Source: Actinomycetota bacterium
Lineage (GTDB): Bacteria > Actinomycetota > Actinomycetes > S36-B12 > UBA5976
Length of the DNA: 62,222 nucleotides
Reading direction: 5' to 3'
NCBI GenBank assembly: GCA_947448865.1
Contig: CANFOW010000004.1
Location: 1-62,222 of the forward strand
In this document: piece after piece, positions 50,756 through 60,926 of the stretch
Layout: every line of letters starts with the position of its first letter
How positions within the stretch are numbered: position 1 is the stretch's first letter
Notes under the pieces: generated by a model
Told to the model about the DNA's origin: nothing
Databases searched by the model: none
The model's input: only the letters and a program-made list of their open reading frames with translations
Translations under genes and position numbers: made by a program

Positions 50756-51952
50756 ATGAGTTCGGATTCCAACACTTCTGACGACCTGGCCGCAGAGCAT
50801 GCCGTTCTCGTGCGTCGACTGCAAAGTGAACTTGGCGATCTCACGACAAACGTGACTAAGCGCATGGACGATGTTTTGGCTTGGTTTAGTGCTCTGTCTG
50901 CCCGAGATCGCGCATCTGTTTCAGCTCTTGCGCATCTCGGCGTGAGGACATTCGTCGAATGGTTTGAGCATGGGGTGAACTCCGCAACAATTACCGACCG
51001 AATTTTCACCAGTGCACCTCGCGAACTCGCAGACACACTCAGCCTCGAACAAACCGTTGAACTCGTTCGCACGACAATTGCTGTTGTTGAAGAATCCATC
51101 AACGACATTGCAGGCGACAACCCGCTGCGTCAGGCAACTCTGCGCGAATCACTTTTGAGATACTCAAGTGAAGTTGCCTTCGCTGCAGCGAATTCCTATG
51201 CCCAGTTCGCAGAAACTCGTGGCGCCTGGGATGCCCGCCTTCAGGCACAAGTTCTCGATGCCATTCTGAGCGGAACTCAAGATGACACTTTGGAATCTCG
51301 CGCGAATGCCGCTGGCTGGAAAATGGATAACGGAATTTTCGTTTTGATTGGCCCTGCCCCGAGCAATCGAGTTGCTGCCGAAGTGCACGTTGCTCAAATT
51401 CAACGCACGGCAAAGACAACCAAACTTGATGCGCTCGTAGGTGTACAAAGCGACTTACTTGTTGCCATCATCGGCGGTGTTCCTACCGACATGTCAGTAC
51501 AACAAGCTGCTAGGCCTTTCATCGGTCACTTTGGTGCAGGAGCAGTTGTAGCCGGACCGCTGGTCGATGGGCTTTTGCAAGCTCATGACTCAGCCCAGGC
51601 TGCCCTATCCGGTTTCCGAGCACTGCCTCTCACATCGTTTACAACTCGACTTGTTACACATGAGCAACTGATAGCCGCGAGAGTTCTTAACGGAGACCTT
51701 GAAGCCCTCGATGCAATCGCACAGGTGATTGCCACAAAATTACGCGAAGATACCCGACACACGTTGGGTACTTTCCTAGAACGAGCAACGAGTATCGAGT
51801 CCTGCGCTCGGCTTGATTTTGTGCACGTCAACACTGTGCGTTATCGCCTCAAGCAGGTTGAAGAACTGATTGGCCTAGATCCCTTTGAGCCGCAGGACGC
51901 ATTAGTGCTCACATTAGGCCTCATGAAGGCCCGCACAATCACTTCTTTGTAG
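50756..51952 (+). CDS. fasR: PucR-family regulator of fatty-acid synthesis (FasR/MabR-like)
   Basis: AETRGAWDARL, HVNTVRYRL HTH; located upstream of fabD. Confidence 0.85.
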   Translation: MSSDSNTSDDLAAEHAVLVRRLQSELGDLTTNVTKRMDDVLAWFSALSARDRASVSALAHLGVRTFVEWFEHGVNSATITDRIFTSAPRELADTLSLEQTVELVRTTIAVVEESINDIAGDNPLRQATLRESLLRYSSEVAFAAANSYAQFAETRGAWDARLQAQVLDAILSGTQDDTLESRANAAGWKMDNGIFVLIGPAPSNRVAAEVHVAQIQRTAKTTKLDALVGVQSDLLVAIIGGVPTDMSVQQAARPFIGHFGAGAVVAGPLVDGLLQAHDSAQAALSGFRALPLTSFTTRLVTHEQLIAARVLNGDLEALDAIAQVIATKLREDTRHTLGTFLERATSIESCARLDFVHVNTVRYRLKQVEELIGLDPFEPQDALVLTLGLMKARTITSL

Positions 51953-51963
51953 GCTTCCTACAA
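51947..51963. promoter_or_regulatory. Candidate FasR/MabR operator
   Basis: Inverted repeat ttgtagg-ctt-cctacaa (TTGT-N9-ACAA) upstream of fabD. Confidence 0.65.
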
Positions 51964-52030
51964 TAAAATGCCTTAGAATTTAGCCACACGATAGCCTAGT
52001 TGCAGGGTATCTATACGGAAGGCTGAACGC

Positions 52031-53215
52031 GTGCTTGCAATCGTAGCCCCAGGTCAAGGTTCTCAGGTCCCAGGTTTTCTGACTCCATGGTTAGAACTGC
52101 CCAATTTTGAAGACCGTATGCGTTGGATGGGAACCGTTGCCGGCATCGACCTCGTCGCTCATGGCACAACCTCCGACGAAGACACCATCCGCGACACTGC
52201 GATTGCGCAACCACTAATCGTTGGCGCCGGAATGGTCTCGCTACTGAGCCTGTTCCCACATCCAGGTGAAGCATTTGCCAAAGTTGGCATGGGTGCCGGT
52301 CATAGTGTCGGTGAAATTACTGCAGCAGCTGCCTCGCATGTGATCTCGGCTGAGCAAGCCATGGTTTTTGTGCGCGAACGCGGTAAGGCGATGGCACAAG
52401 CCGCTGCCATGACTGCAACAAGCATGTCGGCCGTCCTTGGTGGGGACCGCGATGAAGTACTTGCATGTATTGCAAAGCATGGTTTAACTGCTGCAAATGA
52501 AAACGGCGCTGGCCAGATTGTTGCCGCCGGAACTGTTGAGCAACTTGAAGCGTTTGCTCAAGAGCCTCCTGCAGGAGCACGCATTCGTCCGCTGTCTGTT
52601 GCAGGCGCATTCCACACTTCGCACATGGCTCCCGCAGTCGGCGTCCTGGCTCAACATGCAAAAGCGATTTCAACACACGACACCAGAATTCAACTGCTGA
52701 GTAATGCTGATGGAACAGTTGTGCGCAATGGTCGAGATGTCCTGAAGCGCTTGGTCACCCAAGTCAGCAATCCGGTTCGCTGGGATTTATGTATGCAGAC
52801 CATGCTCGACCTCGGTGTGACTGGTCTAATCGAACTTCCACCAGCAGGCACACTTGTCGGTCTTGCCAAACGTGCAATGCCCGACGTGGAAGCACTTGCT
52901 TTGAAGACACCTGATGACATCCCTGCAGCACTGGACTTAATTGCTCGCCATGCGGCTTCCCAAGATCACAGCGACTCTCCAACGTGGAGACTCGTCGTTG
53001 CACCATTCAAGGGAATCATTGAATTCAATGTCAGTGAAGATCCTGGAACTGTTTTGAACCATAACGCGCAAGTAGCAACAATTCGCACCTTGCGTGATGA
53101 ATATAAGGTCATGGCTCCACACGGCGGAACAATTGTCGAATGGCTCGTAACTGATGGCGATCCTGTCAATCCGGGCCAGCCGCTGCTTCGCCTCCATCCG
53201 CAGGCTGGCGCATGA
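52031..53215 (+). CDS. fabD: Malonyl-CoA:ACP transacylase with C-terminal biotinyl/lipoyl-like domain
   Basis: PGQGSQ, GHSVG, GAFH and PVRW motifs; extra domain VAP...APHGG..DGDPVNPGQPL. Confidence 0.92.
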   Translation: MLAIVAPGQGSQVPGFLTPWLELPNFEDRMRWMGTVAGIDLVAHGTTSDEDTIRDTAIAQPLIVGAGMVSLLSLFPHPGEAFAKVGMGAGHSVGEITAAAASHVISAEQAMVFVRERGKAMAQAAAMTATSMSAVLGGDRDEVLACIAKHGLTAANENGAGQIVAAGTVEQLEAFAQEPPAGARIRPLSVAGAFHTSHMAPAVGVLAQHAKAISTHDTRIQLLSNADGTVVRNGRDVLKRLVTQVSNPVRWDLCMQTMLDLGVTGLIELPPAGTLVGLAKRAMPDVEALALKTPDDIPAALDLIARHAASQDHSDSPTWRLVVAPFKGIIEFNVSEDPGTVLNHNAQVATIRTLRDEYKVMAPHGGTIVEWLVTDGDPVNPGQPLLRLHPQAGA

Positions 53216-54207
53216 GCACACTGAAAAGCCCCACGACGCATTCAGCGGCGGGGCTCATTGGTCTTGGTGCATATCGCCCTGAACGCGTTGTCACCAATGA
53301 TGAAGTCGCTGCACGCATTGACTCGTCGGATGAATGGATTCGGGAACGTTCTGGAATTATCGAACGTCGCTACGCCGGTGCGGATGAAACCGCAGCCTCA
53401 ATGGGCGCTGCCGCCGCAGCTCGAGCTATTGCCGATGCAGGTTTGCAACCCACAGACATCGACGTTGTCATGGTCGCTACCTTCACGCACAGATTCCAAA
53501 CACCGTCAGCTGCTGCGGAAGTCAGCCATCTCATCGGAGCGACGAATGCGTCTGCTTTTGATATCTCAGCAGCCTGCGCAGGATTTTGTTACGGCCTTGG
53601 AATTGCCGACAGTTTGATTCGTTCGGGTACTGCAAAGAACATTGTTCTCGTCGGTACCGAAAAGCTCAGCGACTTTTTGAATCCTGATGATCGAGGCACT
53701 GCGTTTATTTTTGCTGACGGAGCGGGTGCGGTTGTTATCTCAGCAACCACGACGCAGGGAATCAGCCCAACCGTGTGGGGCGCTGATGGCTCTGCAATGG
53801 ATGCCATCATCATGGAACCAGACTCCGTGCAAGCTGGAATCACACACGAACCATCGCACATCACCATGCAAGGTCAACGAGTCTTTCGATGGGCAGTTGG
53901 CAGCATGGGCGACGTATGCAAAGACGCCCTCGCGCAATCTGGCATTCAAGCAACAGACCTTGTTGCATTTGTGCCACACCAAGCGAACCTGCGCATTACC
54001 AACGCCATTGTGAAGCACCTTGATTTACCTGAATCTGTCATCGTTGCTAAAGACATCGAATACACAGGCAACACCTCCGCTGCATCAATACCGCTCGCTT
54101 TGGACGCATTACGTTCAAGTGGCCAGATCAAGACCGGCGATCCTGTCTTGCTCGTTGGATTTGGTGCCGGCCTTGCCTACGCTGCGCAAGTAGCACTCAC
54201 CCCATAA
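53212..54207 (+). CDS. fabH: Beta-ketoacyl-ACP synthase III
   Basis: AACAGF, HQAN, GNTSAAS and GFGAG motifs. Confidence 0.95.
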   Translation: MSTLKSPTTHSAAGLIGLGAYRPERVVTNDEVAARIDSSDEWIRERSGIIERRYAGADETAASMGAAAAARAIADAGLQPTDIDVVMVATFTHRFQTPSAAAEVSHLIGATNASAFDISAACAGFCYGLGIADSLIRSGTAKNIVLVGTEKLSDFLNPDDRGTAFIFADGAGAVVISATTTQGISPTVWGADGSAMDAIIMEPDSVQAGITHEPSHITMQGQRVFRWAVGSMGDVCKDALAQSGIQATDLVAFVPHQANLRITNAIVKHLDLPESVIVAKDIEYTGNTSAASIPLALDALRSSGQIKTGDPVLLVGFGAGLAYAAQVALTP

Positions 54208-54282
54208 GTTCCGGCTGACAACCCCAGTCGGTAAAACAACCCGCTTAACCTGCGGGAAGTCCTACAAGAAGGAGAACGAACA

Positions 54283-54522
54283 ATGTCACATGAGGACATC
54301 CTCGCGGGCCTAGCCGCGATCGTGAACGAAGTAGCTGGAATTCCAGCAGAAACCGTTCAAATGGAAAAGTCATTCGTAGACGACCTAGACGTTGACTCAT
54401 TGTCAATGGTTGAAGTTGTTATGGCATGCGAAGACAAGTTTGGCGTCACCATTCCTGACACAGAGGTCAAGAACCTCAACACCGTCGCGGATGCTGTCAA
54501 CTACATCGCAGCACACAAGTAA
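54283..54522 (+). CDS. acpP: Acyl carrier protein
   Basis: DLDVDSLSMVE motif. Confidence 0.95.
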   Translation: MSHEDILAGLAAIVNEVAGIPAETVQMEKSFVDDLDVDSLSMVEVVMACEDKFGVTIPDTEVKNLNTVADAVNYIAAHK

Positions 54523-54544
54523 GAAACGATCGACACAGTCTTTA

Positions 54545-54575
54545 ACGTGGTGGATGGTTCTGCCATCCACCACGT
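54545..54575 (+). other. Intra-operonic stem-loop after acpP (mRNA stabiliser or partial terminator)
   Basis: acgtggtggatgg-ttctg-ccatccaccacgt. Confidence 0.65.
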
Positions 54576-54618
54576 GACGACACGCTAAGCCCATTCAACA
54601 TAATCGGAAGGATCGACA

Positions 54619-55851
54619 ATGAGTCGCACAGTTGTCGTAACAGGCCTTGGTGCCACTACGCCACTTGGCGGAGACGTTGCATCAACCTGGCAAGGACTAC
54701 TTGCCGGTGAATCAGGCATCACCATCCTCGAAGACCCTAAGTTTGCAGAACTCCCCGTTCGCATCGCTGCTCCAGTCAAAGTCGACCCGAGCAACATTCT
54801 TGAACCGCATGAAATCCGTCGCATGGACCGCTCACAACAACTTGCACTTATTGCAGCGCGTGAAGCATGGGCCGATGCGGCCATTGATTCAGTTGACCCT
54901 GAACGCCTCGGAGTTGCCATTGCAACCGGTGTTGGCGGCGCTATCTCGCTCATGGAGCAATACGACATTTTGAAAGAACGCGGCGCATCACGAGTATCGC
55001 CGATGACAGTGCCTATGTTGATGCCAAATGGACCAGCAGCTGTTGTTGGTCTCGAAGTCGGTGCCATGGCCGGCGTGCACACGCCAGTGTCCGCATGTGC
55101 CTCAGGCGCAGAAGCGATTGGCTACGGCGCTGAAATGATTCGCACGGGACGCGCAGACGTAGTTGTCTGTGGCGGCACCGAAGGCTGCATCCACCCTTTG
55201 ACCATCGCAGCCTTCGCAGCAATGCGCGCGCTATCAACACGTCACGATAATGCGGCTGCTGCATCGCGTCCGTTCGATCGCGATCGCGATGGATTCGTCA
55301 TGGCTGAAGGTTCTGCAATCGTCGTTCTTGAATCAGAAGAATTTGCAAAGGCTCGTGGCGCAAAGATTTATGGCGTCTACGGTGGTCAAGGTCTAGCTGC
55401 TGATGCACACCACATTGCACAGCCAGAACCCGAAGGTCGCGGTGTGATGCTTGCTATCAATCGCGCACTCAAAGATGCCGATTTGTCGACGAAAGATATT
55501 TTCCACGTGAACGCTCATGCGACGAGCACACCGGCTGGTGACGTGGCCGAGGCTAAAGCGATTCGTAAGGTGCTCGGTGCTGATGCCGATCACGCTCCTG
55601 TGACTGCGGTCAAGGGTGCGACGGGACACTTACTTGGTGGCGCTGGTTCACTCGCAGCTATTGCTTCGATCTTGGCGTTGCGTGATCGTAAGGTCCCACC
55701 AGTAGCAAACACAATCAACCTTGATGAAGGTGTCGATGTGGATGTTGTTATTGGATCGCCACGTGATCTTCCCAGTGGTGACCTCGCAGCACTCAGTAAC
55801 TCATTTGGCTTTGGTGGACACGACGTCGTCTTGGCATTCCGGAGCGTCTGA
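54619..55851 (+). CDS. fabF: Beta-ketoacyl-ACP synthase II
   Basis: SACAS, NAHATST, GHLLG and NSFGFGG motifs. Confidence 0.95.
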   Translation: MSRTVVVTGLGATTPLGGDVASTWQGLLAGESGITILEDPKFAELPVRIAAPVKVDPSNILEPHEIRRMDRSQQLALIAAREAWADAAIDSVDPERLGVAIATGVGGAISLMEQYDILKERGASRVSPMTVPMLMPNGPAAVVGLEVGAMAGVHTPVSACASGAEAIGYGAEMIRTGRADVVVCGGTEGCIHPLTIAAFAAMRALSTRHDNAAAASRPFDRDRDGFVMAEGSAIVVLESEEFAKARGAKIYGVYGGQGLAADAHHIAQPEPEGRGVMLAINRALKDADLSTKDIFHVNAHATSTPAGDVAEAKAIRKVLGADADHAPVTAVKGATGHLLGGAGSLAAIASILALRDRKVPPVANTINLDEGVDVDVVIGSPRDLPSGDLAALSNSFGFGGHDVVLAFRSV

Positions 55852-57266
55852 TGACTGTGACCACGCCTGAAGACAAGAAGTTAATGGCACCACGCCGTTT
55901 AACTTCGCTTCTGGATCCCGGTTCTTTGGAGTTCGTTGCCGTACAAACCGAAGGCATCGGTGCAGTATCTGCAACGGGAACCATCAATGGTCGTGAAGTT
56001 GTTGCGTTCGCTAACGATCCGTCTTTCCAAGGTGGCGCATTAGGCGGCGCCGAAGGTCAGGTGATCGTGGATGCATACGCCTTGGCTATGGCCAAGCAAT
56101 GCCCCATCATTGGCATTTGGCACTCAGGTGGAGCACGACTTCAAGAGGGTATTCAGTCCCTCAAAGCATTTGGTGACATCTTCCGTGTCATGACTCATGC
56201 TTCGGGCAAGATTCCTCAAGTATCTGTTGTCCTTGGCCCAGCCGCAGGTGGTGGCGCCTACGGACCTGCACTCACAGACATCGTGATCCTCGGTCCCGAA
56301 GGTCGCGTGTTTGTCACGGGTCCTGAAGTTGTGCGCAGTGTGACTGGCGAAGATGTCGACATGCTTCGACTTGGTGGTCCAGAGCCGCACGGTCGTCGTT
56401 CCGGCGTAGTTCACGTCGTCAGCGAAACAGAAGAACAAGCAATCCTTGACACCCGCAACATTGCTGATTTGCTCGGCAACAAGGGTTCACTGAACGTTGC
56501 CGCAGTTACAGACATTGACCTTGGTGCGTTTATGCCCGAGTCTGCAAGTCGTGCGTACGATGTACATCCGATTGTGGATTCAATCTTGGACCCAGGAACT
56601 GGCATTGAACTTCATCCGCGTTGGGCACCAAACCTCATCACAGCGCTTGGCCGTTTTGGTGGACAAAGCGTTGGACTGATTGCAAATAACCCACTGCGTC
56701 TAGGTGGTTGTCTCGATTCCACATCCGCGGAAAAGGGCGCGCGTTTCGTGCGCATGTGTGATGCGTTTGGTATTCCACTACTGGTCATTGTTGATGTCCC
56801 TGGCTACCTGCCTGGTGTTGGTCAGGAATGGGACGGCGTAGTACGCCGTGGAGCAAAACTGCTGCACGCATTCGCTGAATGCGTCGTGCCTCGAATTACC
56901 TGTGTCACTCGCAAGTCATACGGTGGCGCATACATCGCAATGAACAGTCGCTCACTTGGCGCAACACATGTCATGGCGTGGAAAGATGCCGAAGTTGCTG
57001 TGATGGGTCCCGTTGCAGCAATTCGCATTCTGCATCGTCGGCGCCTTGCTGAAGTTCCACCCGAAAATAAAGATGCGGTCGAAAAGGAACTTGCCGAGGA
57101 ACACAAAATCACAGCTGGTGGCTTAGCTAAATGCATGGAGCTCGGAGCTGTTGATGAGATTGTTGAGCCGAGCACTACTCGAAGTTCTCTCGCGCGAGCA
57201 TTAGCTGCTGCAGCACTGCCCGATGGAACTTTTGCGCGCGGTAACCACGGAAACATTCCGTTGTAA
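55851..57266 (+). CDS. accD: Acyl-CoA carboxylase carboxyltransferase subunit (AccD6-like)
   Basis: SGGARLQEG, DVPGYLPG and RKSYGGA motifs. Confidence 0.9.
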   Translation: MTVTTPEDKKLMAPRRLTSLLDPGSLEFVAVQTEGIGAVSATGTINGREVVAFANDPSFQGGALGGAEGQVIVDAYALAMAKQCPIIGIWHSGGARLQEGIQSLKAFGDIFRVMTHASGKIPQVSVVLGPAAGGGAYGPALTDIVILGPEGRVFVTGPEVVRSVTGEDVDMLRLGGPEPHGRRSGVVHVVSETEEQAILDTRNIADLLGNKGSLNVAAVTDIDLGAFMPESASRAYDVHPIVDSILDPGTGIELHPRWAPNLITALGRFGGQSVGLIANNPLRLGGCLDSTSAEKGARFVRMCDAFGIPLLVIVDVPGYLPGVGQEWDGVVRRGAKLLHAFAECVVPRITCVTRKSYGGAYIAMNSRSLGATHVMAWKDAEVAVMGPVAAIRILHRRRLAEVPPENKDAVEKELAEEHKITAGGLAKCMELGAVDEIVEPSTTRSSLARALAAAALPDGTFARGNHGNIPL

Positions 57267-57306
57267 TAATTCCGAACTCATCGTGGCTACATGGTGACTT
57301 CACAAC

Positions 57307-57341
57307 AAAAAGAGGCGACCCGTTTGGGATCGCCTCTTTTT
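57307..57341. terminator. Bidirectional terminator
   Basis: aaaaagaggcga-cccgtttggga-tcgcctcttttt. Confidence 0.85.
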
Positions 57342-57351
57342 CTTCCTCGTG

Positions 57352-57858
57352 TTATCCGACTTGATGAAGCCAGCGAACTGGAACTCCATCTCCGGCATAT
57401 CTAAATGGCTCAAGTTCGCGATCCCATGGACCACCTAAAATTTCATCAATCACATCAACCAGCGAACGCCCAGTTGTTGTGGCATTCGCAACAGCACTGC
57501 GCAGACGTTCTTCACCGATGTACGCCTCACCAAATGCGCCCATCGGGCTACGCCACAATCCCAAGGACGGCGTGGATACAAAGCGTTGTCCATCATGACC
57601 TGCGCTTGGCTCTTCAGTGACTTCAAAACGTAAGTGCGGAAACCCGCGCAATGTTGACCCAATAGTTGCAGACAGACCAGAAGCACCCACCCATGACAAC
57701 TCAGTACGCATCGTTCCAGGTGTCACTGGTTGCTCAACCCAATCAAGGTTGACTGTGGTGCCTAACAGGCCACCGAGTGCCCATTCAACATGTGCACATA
57801 ATGCACGTGGAGTGCTGTGAATGAACACAACACCTCGTGCTTGGGATGACGTCGTCAT
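57352..57858 (-). CDS. DUF3145 protein
   Basis: GVVFIHS.P.ALC.HVEWA, LRFEVTE and WD.ELEPFR motifs. Confidence 0.9.
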   Translation of the reverse strand: MTTSSQARGVVFIHSTPRALCAHVEWALGGLLGTTVNLDWVEQPVTPGTMRTELSWVGASGLSATIGSTLRGFPHLRFEVTEEPSAGHDGQRFVSTPSLGLWRSPMGAFGEAYIGEERLRSAVANATTTGRSLVDVIDEILGGPWDRELEPFRYAGDGVPVRWLHQVG

Positions 57859-58013
57859 ACCCATCCTCCGTTCGATTCGAATGCTGGCTTCCCCACCATG
57901 ATTCGTTTCGATTTGGAGTTCTTCGATTGAGGTTCTCACCTAAACAACCAGATGACATGAGAATAACCCCAAGACCGCACTTTTGACTAGTGCAGGGTGA
58001 AAATCCTCAAAAA

Positions 58014-58946
58014 TCAAGCGCTGACAGGCTCATTTTCGATGGCAATGTCCTTGGCGCGTTTGCGGCGCTCCCAAAGCCTGCAACCTGCTTCCACAATTAC
58101 TGCGTAGACCGCACCGAGCACAGCATCAAAAATGTAGTGTTCCCCGCCGTACACCAGTGAGAACACCATGAAGCAAACGTAGAAAACAAAAAATACCCGA
58201 AGCCATGGTCGAGCCTTTGGCCAGAAAAAGAGCGAAATAGTTACTGTCATACCGGCGTGAAGCGAAGGCAACGCGGCCACTTGGTTAACCACACCTTGCC
58301 CTAAAGAAATAATCTGTCCAGCAACAGGCAATCCGACGATTCCCCACCCTCGAGTCACAATCCGCACCAACGGATCACATAACCCATGCTTAGCTGCATA
58401 CCACGGTGGTGCAGCTGGTACCAGAATGTAGGTCGCCAAAGCAGCAAACGACATCGTCAGAATACGGCGAGCAAACATTGCCCACCGTTCACGGTTACGC
58501 ACATACAGTGTGCCCACAATCGCCCATGGCACAACGAAATGCGAGCAGTACATCAGCGCAACGCCTGCTTCCCACCACGCAATGTGATGAGGCTGATACA
58601 GATGGTGTTGCAAATACACCGATGGAATCTGACCATCAAAGAATCGACCAAACCACGATAATTCGATGTCATAAATCTCTTTGACACGTACTGGGAAGCC
58701 AAATGTGTCTGCGGCACCGCGGGAATAGTCATAGCCGTACAGCAAAGCAAAGAATGGTAGCCAGTCAGCAAAAATGCGCCAGGTTTTCTGCGATGTGCCA
58801 ACTGAGAAGGCCACAGCAGCTGCAATGATGAACAGCAACTGGGTTGCTCGATCAAAGGGAATCCCGCGTTTGCCTACGTACATTGCAAATATTGCAGCCC
58901 ACACAGCCACTGCTACCTTGCGTTCTTGCGGCCAATCAAGTGCCAT
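58014..58946 (-). CDS. PAP2-superfamily membrane phosphotransferase (IPC-synthase-like)
   Basis: PAAPPW, AALPSLH and GEHYIFD motifs. Confidence 0.85.
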   Translation of the reverse strand: MALDWPQERKVAVAVWAAIFAMYVGKRGIPFDRATQLLFIIAAAVAFSVGTSQKTWRIFADWLPFFALLYGYDYSRGAADTFGFPVRVKEIYDIELSWFGRFFDGQIPSVYLQHHLYQPHHIAWWEAGVALMYCSHFVVPWAIVGTLYVRNRERWAMFARRILTMSFAALATYILVPAAPPWYAAKHGLCDPLVRIVTRGWGIVGLPVAGQIISLGQGVVNQVAALPSLHAGMTVTISLFFWPKARPWLRVFFVFYVCFMVFSLVYGGEHYIFDAVLGAVYAVIVEAGCRLWERRKRAKDIAIENEPVSA

Positions 58947-59022
58947 GGGTTCATTCCTTGTCAGTGGTCAGACTCAAATCCTATTGGTCTCGCTACGAAC
59001 AATCGTTAGGCAGAATGGGGAC

Positions 59023-59784
59023 ATGAATGACAGCCTTCACATTGCCCTGTGCACCTCACTTGATGAGGTTCAGAAAGCATGTGACCTGTTCCAGCAAGTG
59101 TGGTCTGGCGGACCCACTGTTGTTCCCATGGACCTAGGGGTCGCGATGGTTCATGCCGGCGGCTATTGCGCGCTGGCTACCTATCAAGGTCGAGTTGTTG
59201 GAGCATCACTCGGGTTTCTTGGTCAACGTGGAACTCAACAAGTACTGCATTCGCATGTCACCGCGTCAACAATCGCAGGGACAGGCTTTGCGATGAAACA
59301 ACACCAGAAAGCATGGGCTCTCGAACACGGGCTATCTGGGATTACCTGGACCTTTGATCCGCTGGTGCGCAGAAACTCGTACTTCAACCTTGTGAAACTT
59401 GCTGCCACAGGTATCGAGTTTCTCCCTGAGTTTTATGGACCCATGACAGATGACATAAACGCGGGAGATCTGTCAGATCGTGTGTTGTGTTTGTGGGACA
59501 TTACGAAACCCGATGAGTCCACGACTTCAGATAGCCTTCGGCACACTGCCCTCGCCCAGCACGACGGAAACCCGGTCGTACATGGAATCCAACCTGGAAT
59601 CGAAAACGTCATTGAACTACCTGCAGACTTTGAAGCATTACGAGCGCTAAATCACCCAAGCGTTCCGAAGTGGCGACTCGCCATGCGCGAATGTTTAGAT
59701 CCGTATTTAAATCAAGGCTGGACACTGACTGGCATGATGAAAAAGGAAGCACTTATCTTGTCGCCACCACAGGAGTCCGCATGA
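59023..59784 (+). CDS. GNAT acyltransferase (D-amino-acid N-succinyltransferase-like)
   Basis: LHSH, WTFDPL..N.YFN..KL and FYG.M.D.IN.GD.SDR motifs; translationally coupled to the OSBS gene. Confidence 0.8.
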   Translation: MNDSLHIALCTSLDEVQKACDLFQQVWSGGPTVVPMDLGVAMVHAGGYCALATYQGRVVGASLGFLGQRGTQQVLHSHVTASTIAGTGFAMKQHQKAWALEHGLSGITWTFDPLVRRNSYFNLVKLAATGIEFLPEFYGPMTDDINAGDLSDRVLCLWDITKPDESTTSDSLRHTALAQHDGNPVVHGIQPGIENVIELPADFEALRALNHPSVPKWRLAMRECLDPYLNQGWTLTGMMKKEALILSPPQESA

Positions 59785-60890
59785 AACTTGAGGCAGTAGA
59801 ACTCATCCGACTCAATGTTCCTCTCAAGTCTGCGTTTCGCACCTCAGAAGGATCCGTCAGTATTCATGAAGTTGTTTGGACTCATGTCATTACCGACGTC
59901 GGCGAAGGCTGGGCTGAATGCGCGGCAAACGGACTGCCCGACTATTCCAGCGAGTATCACGATGCTGCGGCTGACGTCCTCAAGCGATTTTTTATTCCTG
60001 AACTCATGAAGCTCGGCGATGATTTAACTGCCGAGCTCGTTGGACCGACTTTGCATTGGGCCAAAGGTCATCGCATGGCAAAAGCCGCCATGGAAACAGC
60101 ATTACTCGATGCCCAATTACGTCACGCGAATCAATCATTTGCTTCGTATCTCGGTGCCACTCGACAACGTGTTCCAGCTGGTGTGTCGGTTGGCATCATG
60201 GATTCAATCGAAGAGTTGTTGAGTTTCGTTTCTGGTTATCTTGCCGATGGTTATCTGCGCATCAAACTAAAGATAGAACCAGGTTGGGACTACGAACCCG
60301 TGAAACTTGTGCGCGACACATTTGGTGACGACCTACTTCTACAAGTTGACGCCAACACGGCTTACACCCGAGATGATTTCGATTTACTCAAACGCCTAGA
60401 TGAATTCAATTTGCTTTTAATCGAACAACCGCTTAACGAAGAAGACATTCTGGGACACGTCAAACTGTCGCAGTATGTGTCAACACCGATTTGTCTTGAC
60501 GAAAGCATCGTGTCGGCCGAGAGTGCACGCGATGCCATCGAACTTGGCGCCACATCGATCATCAACATCAAACCATCACGGGTTGGTGGGTACCTTGAAG
60601 CAGTCAAGATTCACGATGTTGCCCAGAAATGTGGAATACCAGTGTGGTGTGGCGGCATGCTTGAAACAGGCATTGGCCGAGCCGCGAATCTGGCACTGGC
60701 AGCACTCCCGAACTTCACATTGCCCGGTGACACTTCAGCATCGGCTCGTTATTTTTCAGCAGATACCACCGAACCATTTGTGCTTCGTGACGGACACATT
60801 GATGTTCCCACCGGCCCTGGAATTGGCGTCGACCCGATTCCTGAGGTCGTCGACCGGTTCGCTGTATCCCGCGAATGGATCAAGCGATAA
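59781..60890 (+). CDS. menC: o-succinylbenzoate synthase / N-succinylamino acid racemase (NSAR/OSBS subfamily)
   Basis: RIKLKI, VDAN, IEQP, LDES, NIKP.RVGG, GGMLE and PGD motifs. Confidence 0.9.
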   Translation: MKLEAVELIRLNVPLKSAFRTSEGSVSIHEVVWTHVITDVGEGWAECAANGLPDYSSEYHDAAADVLKRFFIPELMKLGDDLTAELVGPTLHWAKGHRMAKAAMETALLDAQLRHANQSFASYLGATRQRVPAGVSVGIMDSIEELLSFVSGYLADGYLRIKLKIEPGWDYEPVKLVRDTFGDDLLLQVDANTAYTRDDFDLLKRLDEFNLLLIEQPLNEEDILGHVKLSQYVSTPICLDESIVSAESARDAIELGATSIINIKPSRVGGYLEAVKIHDVAQKCGIPVWCGGMLETGIGRAANLALAALPNFTLPGDTSASARYFSADTTEPFVLRDGHIDVPTGPGIGVDPIPEVVDRFAVSREWIKR

Positions 60891-60926
60891 GTTCGTCCTC
60901 AGGCACTCACGAGAAAAGAGTTAGAC

